From Dictyostelium discoideum (lineage: Eukaryota), in the NCBI GenBank assembly GCA_000004695.1, contig CM000155.2, positions 2,336,001 to 2,400,000 on the forward strand: a stretch of 64,000 bases of DNA, in the 5' to 3' direction. Positions 52,501 to 64,000 of the stretch are shown piece after piece. Position 1 is the first letter of the stretch, and each line of letters begins with the position of its first letter. The position numbers and the translations under genes are program-made. A model generated the notes under the pieces. The model had not been told where the DNA came from. It searched no databases and saw only the letters and a program-made list of their open reading frames with translations.

Positions 52501-53568
52501 TAATGAATTTAAATTACTTAATCTCTTTTAAAAAAAATAATAAATTGTTGTTAATATATAAACAATTATATATATATTTTTTTGAAAAAAAAATAATTAA
52601 TTATAACATACAGATTTAACAACAGTTGCTTCAAATACTAATAACATGAATAAACTGAAAAGACAATAGAAAACATATTCTTCTAAACACCATAAGAGTA
52701 CACAAAATACTTGGAAAACAAAGAATGGAGCGATAGCTTGTTCTTTGTATAGTGCTAAAAATGTTGGAATTGGAATATCGAATCTATTTAAACCATATTT
52801 CATTGCTGCCAATTCAATTTGTTCATCAGTTTCATAGGAACGTGCTTGATTTAATAATTCTTCACTATCTAATGGTATATGGAATTTAATTTTTTCAAAT
52901 TGTTTCTTATCTGGATTATATACTAATTTTCTTTTTTGAAATTCAATTGAATATTGTAAATCTTTAAATTCCTTTTCACTTAGATGTTTAGTTGAAATTT
53001 TACCAACATTACTACCATTACCAACAATGTTTACACTTGTTGAAGATGCAGATGAAATCGATGAAGGTGCTCTATGTAAATGTCTAGAGATTGGGCATAA
53101 TTGTTTCATACCCATATGTTTACCTGGTGTAACTTTTGCATGTGTTGCAAATTTAATATTATCAACTTTCTTCATTGTTACAAAACATTTATAATCAATT
53201 GACCAATGATTGAATAAATACGATACAAAATGTAATGCCATAGTTGAACAAATTAAAAATACATGTAAATTGAATTCAACTTGATTTTCATCTTCTTTAA
53301 TTTCACCACTTTCAGTAGAATTATTATTATTATTAATAATGGTATCATTGCTAATATCACCACCAATACTACTATCATTTGATTTTATAAGTGTCGTACC
53401 ATTATTATTATTATTATTATTTATTATTGGTTCTATTGGAGTTGTTGAATATAAATAAAATAAATAAATGTATATAATAATAAATGGAATTACATTTAAA
53501 TGTAAAAAGCTTGGTTTAATTCTATACAATTGTATAGACTTTATCCCTTTGCTATTATCTACATTCAT
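49585..53568 (-). CDS. P5A-type P-type ATPase (ATP13A1/Spf1 ortholog); 2 exons: 53568..52612 and 52524..49585 (~1298 aa)
   Basis: The motifs are DKTGTLT, GDGTNDVGALKQAHVGIA and the P5A signature PPELPMELS. Exon 1 (N-terminal TMs, ...YGLNRFDIPIPTFLALYKEQAIAPFFVFQVFCVLLW...) ends KS|gtatgt. An 87-bp intron follows. Exon 2 begins RLSNLNSLRNMSSKPT..., restoring the conserved RLxxLxxxRxM segment. Confidence 0.9.
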
Positions 53569-53861
53569 TTTTTTAAATACTCTTTAAAAAAAAAAAAGAA
53601 AAAAAAAAAAAAAAAAATTTCATGATCAGCAAAAAAAAAAATGACAAAATTTAAAATTAAAAAAAAAAAATTAAAAAAAAATAAAATTTAAATAAATAAC
53701 TATCCCTATAATTTTTTTTTTTTTTTTTTTTTTCTTCTAGGTTACTCATATAAATTAAAATTAATTTTTTTTCTTTTCAACTATAAAGGGTAATAATATT
53801 TTTTTTTTATTTTTTATTTTTTTTTATTATTACTATATTATTATTATTTTATTTTTTTATT

Positions 53862-54374
53862 TTAATAGTCAATATAGGTAATCGAACGAATTACCATATT
53901 GGGAGAAGTATTGCCCCTTACTATATAGCCGAATAAATGATAAGAAAAGGGTCTAATTTCATTCACATAATTTGGTAATGTTAAGAAATTATTCCAAGTA
54001 TCTAAACGAATATTCCAAACACTACTATTTTGTTGTTTCAAGTCAAATGTGAAATCGGTGCCAATGTATATATGGGAAATTGGTTTATTTGAATGGTTAA
54101 GGATTTTAACTCTAAATAAGGAAAATTCATCACCCCTATGATCTGACCATGTCTTTTCAAAACTTTGTACCAATTCCAAAAGATAAAAACTATCACTTAA
54201 TAAACATACCGAAACATCTTCAACCGGATTATAATTATAACACATTTGATCAAAACCACAATATCCATCACCACATGGTACCTTATAATCTATTTCACAT
54301 CTTATAATATTTATAAAATAAATTGATACCATTAAAATTATTATTAATATTTTAAAAATATTTAAATCTTTCAT
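53862..54374 (-). CDS. Small secreted Cys-containing protein, function unknown (170 aa)
   Basis: It has an N-terminal signal-peptide-like hydrophobic segment (ILIIILMVSIYFINIIRC), several Cys early in the mature part, and an A-rich start context. Confidence 0.5.
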   Translation of the reverse strand: MKDLNIFKILIIILMVSIYFINIIRCEIDYKVPCGDGYCGFDQMCYNYNPVEDVSVCLLSDSFYLLELVQSFEKTWSDHRGDEFSLFRVKILNHSNKPISHIYIGTDFTFDLKQQNSSVWNIRLDTWNNFLTLPNYVNEIRPFSYHLFGYIVRGNTSPNMVIRSITYIDY

Positions 54375-55429
54375 TTTTTTAATATATTTTTTTTTTTTTA
54401 ATAATTATTTTTGTTTTTATTATTATTGTTGTTATATTTATTATTATTATTATTATTATTATTGTTATTAATTTTTATTTTTTATTTTAAAAATTATTAG
54501 ATTTATTTAGAAAATGAAATTTTTTTTTTAAATGAATAATTATTAATAAATTAAAAAAAACTGTACAATATAAATAGAAATAAATAAATTAAGTAAGAAA
54601 ATTGGGAAAAATAAATAAATAATGAATAAAAAAAAAAAAAAAAAAAAAAATAAAATGATATTTATATTTTTTTTTTTACTTATTTTTTTGTTTTTTTTTT
54701 TTTTTTAAAATTGAATCATGATATTTTTATTTTATTTTATTTATTTTAAAATATTATTTGTTTTTTGGAGTAAGGATTATTTGTATTTAAAAAATGAATT
54801 ATTTTTTTTTTATTTTTTTTTTTTTTATTTTAAAAATGATAATAAAAGGAAAAAGGAAAAAAATCACTACCTCCAAATATTTACATTATACTATCACACC
54901 CACACATATATGTATCTAGTAATAGATAATGAGTAATTTTTTAAAATTCAAATAGTTGTAATAGTAGTTTTAAGAAATTAAATTTATTTTAAACAAAATT
55001 TTTTTTTAAAATTTCGATAGGTTTTTTAATTTATTTTAAAATAAAAAAAACACTCATTATAGTATAAATTTCTTTAAAAATACGATGATTTTGGGATTGG
55101 GGTGTCAAAAAAAAAAAAAAAAAAAAAAAAAACAATTCTATTTTTATCTCTTTTTTTTTTTTCGAAAAAAAAAAAAAGATCAAAAATATCCCTATTTATC
55201 ATATGGTATTGACAATTGAATAGAGCCCAATAAATCTCTGACCAAAAATAAATATATTGTGACAATGAAGTTTGGGAGATATATTTTAATAAATTTATTA
55301 TTTGATAAATTACACACCAATAATTATTAATAAAAAATCTGTATTTGGTAAATACCATCACATTAATCAATAATTTTCGAACCCATCAAATTATTTTATT
55401 TATTCTATTTTTGTTTAATTTTATTTTAT

Positions 55430-55478
<49 letters not shown>

Positions 55479-56177
55479 ATATACTATATAATAATATTAC
55501 CAAAAAAAAAAAAAAATATTTTATGTGTAATTTTTATAGATCTATTCTAATTATATATAAATAAATTGTGGGTGTGTTTGTGGTAGTGGTTATTTATTTT
55601 TTTCTATTTTTATTTTTATTTTTTTATTTTAAAAAATATATTCATATATATTATATTATTTTAATTATATATTTATTTTTTTAATAAATTTGAAAAAAAT
55701 GCTCTATATTTTTCTTTTTTTCTTTTTTTAATTATTATTATTTTTTTGTAGATTCGAAAAAAAAAAAATAAATAAAAAATATAATAGTTTTTAAAATTTA
55801 TTTTGATAGTTATCTATCTATATATATATTAACCTTAAATGAGTATTTATCTCAGGTGTAGACATTAACCCATTCAATAAAGCCGATAATGTGTGCAATT
55901 AATAATCTGTAAATTTGAATTACTATAATTTGATATTTTTAATTACTATTAAATTTTAAACTTGGTGGATTTTTTTTTTTTTTTTTTTTTTTTTTAATAA
56001 ATAAATTTGCGAATATTAATTTATTAATACATTTACAGAAAAATATGAAAAAAACAGTGTTTTAAAAAAACATTGGGGGAGTGTTGAAAATAAAAAAAAA
56101 AACTTTTTTTTTTTTTTTGATTAAAAAATGATTTGTTTTTTTTTTTTTTTTTTGGCCAAACAAAAAAACTATGAAAA

Positions 56178-57610
56178 ATGAATAATAATAATAATAATAA
56201 TAAAAATAATAATAATAATAATTTTTTAATTAAGAAACAAAAGAAATTAGTATTCATAAGAATATTAATGTATGGATTATTGATATTTTTAATATCATTA
56301 ATTGTATATTCAAATTCTTTAGAAGGTGAATTTTGTTTTGATGATCAATTTGCAATTGTTAATAATAAGGATGTAGTTGGATATAATGATGAACACTCAG
56401 GTACTGATTCATCAACTATTGGAATACCAAATACTATGGATAGTATGAGAGATGATGAAATCTTTAAAGATAAAACCGAGGGAGTTTATCAAGAATATGA
56501 ACAAGATGAAATCATTCCAATGAAAAAAATTTCAATTGCATACCAATATTTTAGCAAATTATTATCACACGATTTTTGGGGACAGGATATCACAAAAACA
56601 GATTCACATAAATCTTATAGACCATTAACAACCCTATCATTTAGATTCAATTTCATAACATCAGGTTATAAATTAGATTCTGAATCATTTCATCTTACAA
56701 ATGTTTTTTTACATAGTATAGTTTCAGTTTATATATTTTTCATTTCATTATTAATTTTTAAACCAATTAATAATGAAAATGAAGAAGAAAAAGAAGAAGA
56801 GGGAAAAAAAGGAAAAGAAGAAAATGAGAAAAAGACATCATATTTATTAAAATTATTAGGTGTTGATGAATTTTGTTGCTTTTTAACATCATTATTTTTT
56901 TCATTACATCCAATTCATACTGAAGCAGTAAGTGGTATTGTTGGTAGAGCAGAATTATTATGTACAGTCTTTTTAATGATATCATTATTATCATTTTTAA
57001 AATGTTGTAATGTTAATTCAACTCATTGGGGTTATTTTTTCATTTCAATTTTTAGTTTAATCTTTTCAACTTTATCAAAAGAGACTGGATTTTGTTTAGT
57101 TTTCATTTTACCAATTACTGATTTCCTTTTAGTACAATATCCAAATTTTAAAAAACAACAACAACAAAATTCTAGAAAATCATCATCCTCTTCACCACTT
57201 TCATTAATGTTTTTAATTAGAACTATTATAATTTCAATTGTTGGTTTTATTTTCATATATATTAGAAAATTAATTACAGTTAATATGGTTTTAGATAATT
57301 TTAGAATGTTGGAGAATCCAATTGCAAGAGAACCAATTTTACTCACTAGAATTTTATCATTAATGAATTTACATTCTAGATATCTATGGTTATTAATTTA
57401 TCCAATGAATTTATCAGCTGATTGGAGTTTTAATTGTATTCCATTAATTAAAGATATTTCAAATCCTTTAAATATCTTATCAATTTTATCTTATTCAATC
57501 ATTTTATTCACTTTAATTTATTATTTCTTAAAAATTCAATTCTTTACAATCATTTTCAAATCTTTAATTTCTTTAAAGAATTTAATAATTAAAAGTAAAA
57601 AACAAAAAAG

Positions 57611-57646
<36 letters not shown>

Positions 57647-59323
57647 CTCTGATGATGATGATGAAGAAGATAATAATAATGAAAATAATGAAAATAATAA
57701 AAATAATAAAAATAATAATAATAAACCAGAATATTATAATTCAATTTTATGGTGTATTTTATTTGGTATAATTTCATTTTTACCATCAAGTAATATTTTC
57801 TTTTATGTTGGTACAGCAATTGGTGAACGTTTACTTTATATCCCTTCAATTGCATATTGTTTATTACTTTCAAGATTTTTAACATTACCTTTAATTTATT
57901 TATCAAATAAAAATAATAATAAAAATAATAATAAAAATAATAGTATTAAAAATAATAATAATGATAATAATAAATCTGAAATAATTTCAACTAAAACTGA
58001 ATCAAATACAATTGGTACAACTAAAAAAAGAACAAATAAAATTTTAACTTCTTCATCATCATCATCTTCTTCTTCTTCTTCTTCTTCTTCTTCTTCTTCT
58101 TCTTCTTCTTCTTCTTCTTCACAATCTCATTCTTCATCTTCTTCATCATCATTATCAACTAATATTAAAAATAATAATAATTTAAAAGAATCAAAAATTT
58201 ATAAAATTTATTTAATTTTATTAATTTTAATTATAATTTTATTAACAAGTTTTTATTCAATAAAAACATGGAAAAGAAATGAAGATTGGAAAAATGAAGA
58301 ATCATTATTTTTGAGTGCATTAAAAGTTTGTCCAAATAGTGCAAAAGTTCAATATAATGTTGGTATTCTTTATAGAAGAACTAAAGAATGGGATAAATCA
58401 ATAAACCATTTTAATAGAGCAAAAGAGATTTTACCAGACTATTGTGATGTTGATTATTTCTATGCATTAACATTAATTAATAAGAATGGCGATTATAATG
58501 AAGCTAAACCATATTTAAATAAATCAATGAATTGTCGTTACACACAAGTTAGATCATTGGAGGCAATTAATGAAATTATGACATTCTTATTAAATTCAGA
58601 CCCAGACAATCCAATACTCTTATCTGATTGGGCAAATTATGAAAAAGAACTACAACCTGTAAATTCAGCAATGCATTTCCATAAGGCTGCTTTAATCCAC
58701 AGCAATCAAGGCGACAAAAAATTAGCTCTTCAATTATTAAAAGAGTCTTTAGACTCATTATCACGTGTCAATGATACAATGTTGAGTAAAAAATCCATTG
58801 AAAGGGATAAAAGAATTATAAATGAACTATATTGTCAAGATTATATTTGGCTATCAGCGGTTTATTTCGATTTACAAGACAATGATCAATCGGTGAATGC
58901 TTTGAATTATATTTATAAAAATTGTAAAAATTTTAAAAAGATTTGGAATGAAGGTTTATTATCATTGGTAAATTTAAAACTTTACGCTTTAAAAAATGAT
59001 AAATCTGGTAAATTACCATCAGTTAATGAAATCCTATTAATTCGTACTCAAATGTCACAAATAAAAGATAAAGAATATAAACTTGGTTCAACACAATTCT
59101 TAGCACAATACGCTCAAAATTATGAATCTGTAGATTTCAATAAAGCTGTTCAACTCTATGAAAAACTTTTATCAATCTCTCCAGATACCTCTTCCTATTA
59201 CAATCATTTACCATTACTTCGTTTATCTTGGTATTATAAAAATATTAAAAATGATCAATCTCAATTTGAAAAATATTTTAAACAATTAAATTTAAATTTA
59301 ATATTTGATAATGATTTAAAGTA

Positions 59324-59324
<1 letters not shown>
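56178..59324 (+). CDS. TMTC-family protein (DUF1736 multi-pass TM domain plus C-terminal TPR repeats), putative protein O-mannosyltransferase (1048 aa)
   Basis: The N-terminal region is NSLEGEFCFDDQFAIVNNKDV...FWGQDITKTDSHKSYRPLTTLSFRFNF (the TMTC signature). Multiple TM segments and TPR-like repeats sit in the last 400 aa. Poly-N and poly-S inserts are present. Confidence 0.85.
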
Positions 59325-59355
<31 letters not shown>

Positions 59356-59699
59356 CCTATTTAAAAATTGTTTTTTATTAATACTTAATTTTTCTTTTTT
59401 TTTATTTAGAAAACTATTCTCTGAATTATAAAATAAATAATTTACAATATTAAAATAATAAATAAATAAATGAACCAGAGTGTTAAAGATATTTAAAGAA
59501 ATTCAGAATTTTTAAGAAATTATTTGAAAAACGTCGATTAATTCTGACTTTTTTTAATCAAAACTGTTTTTATTTTTTTTTTATTTTTTTTTTATTTTTT
59601 TTTTTTTTTTTTTTGAAAAAAATTGATTGTTTTGTGACCAAAATAACCTTTTTGTTTTTTTTTTTTTTTTTTCATTCACCAAACTATTAAAAAAAAAAG

Positions 59700-61669
59700 A
59701 TGAATTTAAAACCACCAACATCAAAAGTAGAATTAAGAATTAAATGTCATAAAATCTTGGATAAAGATACATTAAGTAAAAGTGATCCAAGAGCTTCAGT
59801 TTATGAAAAAGATCGTGCTGGTCAATTTCGTTTAATTGGAAAAACTGAAACAATTCAAAATCAATTAAATCCAGAATTTAAAACTCCAATTGTTATTGAT
59901 TATCGTTTTGAAGAGATTCAAGTTCTTAAATTTGAAATTCATGATGTTGATAAAAATGATGAAGATTTTATTGGTGATGCTGTAAGTTTTAAAAAAAATA
60001 AATATATATTTAAATCCAATTTATATTAATTTTAAATCTTTTTTTTTTTTTTTTTTTTTTATATATAGAGTTGTACATTAACATCAATTTTATCAAAACC
60101 AGGTCAAACTGTTTGTTTACAATTATTAACTAAAAGTGGTAAACATGCAGGGTCAATGACAGTTATTGCAGAAGAAATTAAAAATACTTTACAAACAATT
60201 AAATTCAATCTTATTGGTAAGAAATTTGATAAAAAAGATTTATTTGGAGCTGGTTGTGATCCATATCTTATCATTTCAAGAAAAGTACCATCAACCAATA
60301 CATTTGTTAAAATCTATGAATCACAAGTTCAAAAGGGTACTTTAAATCCAGTATTCTCTGGCATTGAAATGAAACTTGAAGAATTATGTGGTGGTGATAT
60401 GCAAAGAGAAATTAAATTTGAATTTTATGATTGGGATAGGTTAGTTTATTATTATTATTATTTTAAATTTATTTTTCATATTTTAATTAATATTAATTAA
60501 TTTTATTATTTATTAATAGAATTGGTAAACATGATTATATTGGTGAATTTCATACAAATGCTCAAGAATTGTTACAACCAAATCAAGCATTTAATGTAAT
60601 TAATTCACATAAACAAGAGAAAAAGAGTGGATATAAAAATTCTGGAACTGTATCAGTATCAGATGCAGTAATTGAGAGAGAATATAACTTTTTAGAGTAT
60701 ATTATGGGTGGTTGTCAAATGAATTTAATAGTTGGTATTGATTGTACTGCAAGTAATGGTGATTCAAATGATCCAAATTCTCTTCACTATAAGAATGCTC
60801 AAGGTTTGAATCAATATGCCAATGCAATTTGTTCAGTTGGTAATGTTATTGTACCATATACCACTACACCATTGATTCCGGTCTATGGCTTTGGTGGTAT
60901 TATGCCAGGTCAAAGCGAGGTTTCACATTGTTTCCCAATGACATTGAATGCTTCAAATACATTATGTTGTGGTGTGAATGGTGTATTGGATTGCTACTAT
61001 GATAACATTTCAAAGATTCAATTACATGGTCCAACCTATTTCGCCCCACTCATTAATATGGCCGCTCGTTACGCTTCTCAAGGCCAAAGCCAATCAAATC
61101 AAAAATATACAATCTTGATGATTATCACTGATGGTGAGATTTTAGATGCAGATAATACAATCGATGCCATCGTTAAAAGTAGTGGTTTACCATTATCCAT
61201 TATTATCGTTGGTGTTGGTAATGCTAATTTCACAAATATGAATATTTTAGATGGTGATGATGCCGCTCTTCAAAGTGGTGGTGTTAGAGCTGAAAGAGAT
61301 ATCGTTCAATTCGTTGCAATGAGAGATTATTTAAATAGACCAAATGAATTGGCTGCTGAAGTACTTAGAGAAATTCCAACTCAATTCCTTTCCTTTATGA
61401 AGAAATATAAATTTAGACCAAATCCACCACCACCACCACCACCTGTTATAATTGGTGCTCCTCCACAATATGATAATCCAACCACAACCACCACTGCTAC
61501 CTCGCCATCCACTGGCATTGACCTTAATAAAGGTTCCAACGTTGGTTTAAATCTTACAAAAACTGAAAGTAGTCCTTCACCATCTGGTGGCGCTGGTATT
61601 GACCTTAATAAAGGTTCTGTTGTTGATATTACAAAAGGTGTATCAAATGTATCATTAGAAAAGAATTAA
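59700..61669 (+). CDS. Copine (two C2 domains plus vWA-like copine domain); 3 exons: 59700..59981, 60069..60439, 60520..61669 (600 aa)
   Basis: C2A is in exon 1 (donor GTAAGT). C2B is in exon 2 (donor GTTAGT, phase 2). Exon 3 reads (R)IGKHDYIGEF... then the vWA/copine core ...NLIVGIDCTASNG...IIVGVG.... A Pro-rich tail follows. Phases close. Confidence 0.85.
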
Positions 61670-62021
61670 TAAACATTTAAAAAAAATAAAATAAAATAAT
61701 TAAAATTTTACTAAACAATTTTTTTTTTTTTTCAAAAGTGGGGATTCTATTTAAATTTCTATATTAAAATATTTTACTAAAAAAAAATATATCCAAGAAT
61801 CTATTTAAATTATTTTAATTATTAATTTTCATATATATTTTTTTTTAATTATCTTTTTTTTTTTTTTTATTTTATAATTTATTTTATTTTTATTTTTATT
61901 TATTTAATTTATTTAATTTTCTGTATACAAGTTTTATTTTATTTTATTTTATTAATACTAATTATTTTTTAATACTAATTATTTTTTTTTTTTTTGTTTT
62001 TTTTTTTTTTTTGTTTTTATT

Positions 62022-62312
62022 TTATTTTGGATGAGGTGGAGAAGAAAACTTTTTTAAAATTTCAGAATCAGATAAAGGTTTTGAATTTTCATTTGTTTGT
62101 TGGTTAGCTGTATGATCTTTAATACCTAAATCGTCAAAGAGAGAACCAGTGTCATTTTTAGTATTTTCTTTTGTTTGATTTTTGGTGGATCTTTTTTCTC
62201 CACTTGGTGAATTATAAATTATTAATGCTTCTGTTCCCAAAGGTAGAATTTCATTGGAATTTGGATTTTGTGCTGTTGTTTCAAAGTCAAGGTCTAAAAG
62301 TGTATCTGACAT
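62022..62312 (-). CDS. Small acidic hypothetical protein (96 aa)
   Basis: The ORF has mixed-codon composition and sits immediately after a long A tract in start context. No similarity is recognised. Confidence 0.4.
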   Translation of the reverse strand: MSDTLLDLDFETTAQNPNSNEILPLGTEALIIYNSPSGEKRSTKNQTKENTKNDTGSLFDDLGIKDHTANQQTNENSKPLSDSEILKKFSSPPHPK

Positions 62313-62415
62313 TTTTTTTTTTTTTTTTTTTTTTCTTTAAGTGTCTTAATTTCTTTTCTTTGCTAAAAAATAATTGTTTATTTATTATTACTATTATTTT
62401 ATTTTTATTATTTAT

Positions 62416-62500
62416 AAATAATTTTTGTTTAAATAATTTTTGTTTAAATAATTTTTGTTTAAATAATTTTTGTTTAAATAATTTTTGTTTAAATAATAAT
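62416..62500. repeat. 15-bp minisatellite (aaataatttttgttt) x ~5.5
   Basis: A direct read of the sequence shows the repeat. Confidence 0.8.
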
Positions 62501-63121
62501 TTTTTTTTTTTTTTTTTTTGAAAGTGTTTTATTTTTTTTATATTTTTTTTCTAAATTTTTACAAATCAAGTAGTGTACACATACTATGAAAAAAATTATT
62601 TTTTTTTTAATTAAATTTAATTAAATTTTAATTTATTTTTTTTTTTTATTTTTTTTTTTATTTTATTTTTATTTTTATTTTTATTTTTTTGAATAATATA
62701 AAAAATAAAAAAAAATAAAAAAAATAAAAATAAAAAATAATTTTTGATTCAAATAAAAAGTTTCTAAATGATACCAGGTTTATTTGAAAATTAGTTTTTT
62801 AAAATATTTAAAGACTCCATTTTTTTTTTTATGATATTTAAGATTCCCAAGATTTCTGCAATAAAATTTTTTTTTTCCTTATCTTATTTTTTTTTTTTTT
62901 CCCCTCTCCAATATTCTTGGTGGTATTTAAAAAACCTACTTTAAAACATCAAATGAGGTTTTAATTAAAAGAAAAATAAAAAAATGTGTTTAGAAAATTA
63001 TTTTTACTATTGCATAAATTTTTAATTTTTTAAAGAATAATTGGGATTTAGTTTATTTATTTAATATTACAAAATGGTAGTTTTTTTTTTTTTTTATTTT
63101 TAAAAAAAAAAAAAAAAAATT

Positions 63122-63898
63122 TTAATAAATCAAATTAGAACGATGGTAAGCCCTTCCACCATTTGATTGAATTATAAACTCTTCAATTGTTAACATATCA
63201 TTTGAATTATCTCTTTTCTCTGAAACTTTTATAAATTCTTCAACTGTTAAAAGATCTTCATTATCTTCATCCTCCTCTTCTTCTTGTTGTTCTATGTTTT
63301 GATCAGCATAGTATTGTTGATTTACATTATTATTATTGTTATTGTTATTATTATTATTATTAAAATTATTATTTATATGATGATGATTACGTGGTGAAGA
63401 TGACATTGGTGAAGAGGAAGAAGAGGAAGAATTCTTTTTCTTTCTTTGTAAAGATAAAGATGCTAAAGATATTGGTGATTCAACATCGTCCTCATCCTCA
63501 CCTTCAATTCTAATACTATTACTACGACTATTTCTATTACTTGGTTCTCTACAACTTAATATAAATTCTTCGACTGTCATTAAATGATTTTCATTTTCAA
63601 TTGTATCATCTTCAACAATTGTTCTATTTATTCTACCACTACCACTTGCACTGCATGTAGTATTTCTTCTTCTACCACCACCAATATTACTACTACTACT
63701 ACCACCATACGATACACCAACTCCATTTTCATTCTCTGCTTCAATTTGATTTAAACCTAATATAAATTCTTCAACAGTCATTAAATCATTTTCATTACTT
63801 ATATTTACAATACTATTCTTTCTACTACCATTACCACCAATTCCATCTTGTGAGCATGCTTCTTCTTCATCTTGTATACTTTCATTTGATGGATTATA

Positions 63899-63941
<43 letters not shown>

Positions 63942-63994
63942 GATGATGAAGGTACTGAATTTGTTCTTTTTCTTGAAAGTGGATTAAATCTCAT
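63122..63994 (-). CDS. Poly-N/S-rich protein with four copies of a short L(M/L)T(V/I)EEFI motif (290 aa); the start is at the window edge
   Basis: The motif recurs at irregular spacing: NDLMTVEEFILGLNQIE, NHLMTVEEFILSCREPS, EDLLTVEEFIKVSEKRD, NDMLTIEEFIIQSNGGR. The ATG at 63994 lies only 6 nt from the window end, so the true start may lie outside. Confidence 0.5.
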
Positions 63995-64000
63995 TCTTTA

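Overview
This is an AT-rich (~75-80% A+T) eukaryotic nuclear window. Its features fit Dictyostelium discoideum or a close dictyostelid: long homopolymer A/T tracts, poly-N/Q/S coding microsatellites, short AT-rich introns with GTAAGT/GTATGT donors, tRNA genes with downstream 'ex-B box' copies, and 5'-truncated tRNA-targeted non-LTR retrotransposon (TRE) fragments. Prokaryotic operon or defense-island logic does not apply, and there is no CRISPR array. I support about 20 protein-coding genes, several with hand-derived exon structures: a mitochondrial-type IleRS, a 1565-aa NACHT-WD40 STAND NTPase (NWD1-like), a pepsin-fold protein that has lost a catalytic Asp, a PH-domain protein, three DEAD-box helicases within ~15 kb (DDX5/17-like, DDX54/Dbp10-like and a divergent one), an HSD17B12-like SDR, a TrmO/TsaA-like protein, a Kelch protein, a P5A-type ATPase, a TMTC-type TPR protein and a copine. 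There are three tRNA genes: Ser-AGA, Ser-GCT and Glu-CTC. Two of them act as retroelement landing pads. One TRE3-type fragment carries a clear 10-bp target-site duplication and has split a member of a locally triplicated small-protein gene family. That family has a strongly conserved ~230-bp non-coding upstream element. The 5.8-11.5 kb region is a mosaic of duplicated and rearranged segments (the small-gene family, CnaB/colossin-like pseudogene fragments and an inverted duplication). The strongest candidate for an interesting system is the NWD1-like STAND NTPase with an N-terminal DUF4062-like module; it is bounded by an AT-rich flank on one side and by the mitochondrial IleRS gene on the other, so it sits in ordinary gene context. 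Coordinates that I derived by hand may be off by 1-2 nt.
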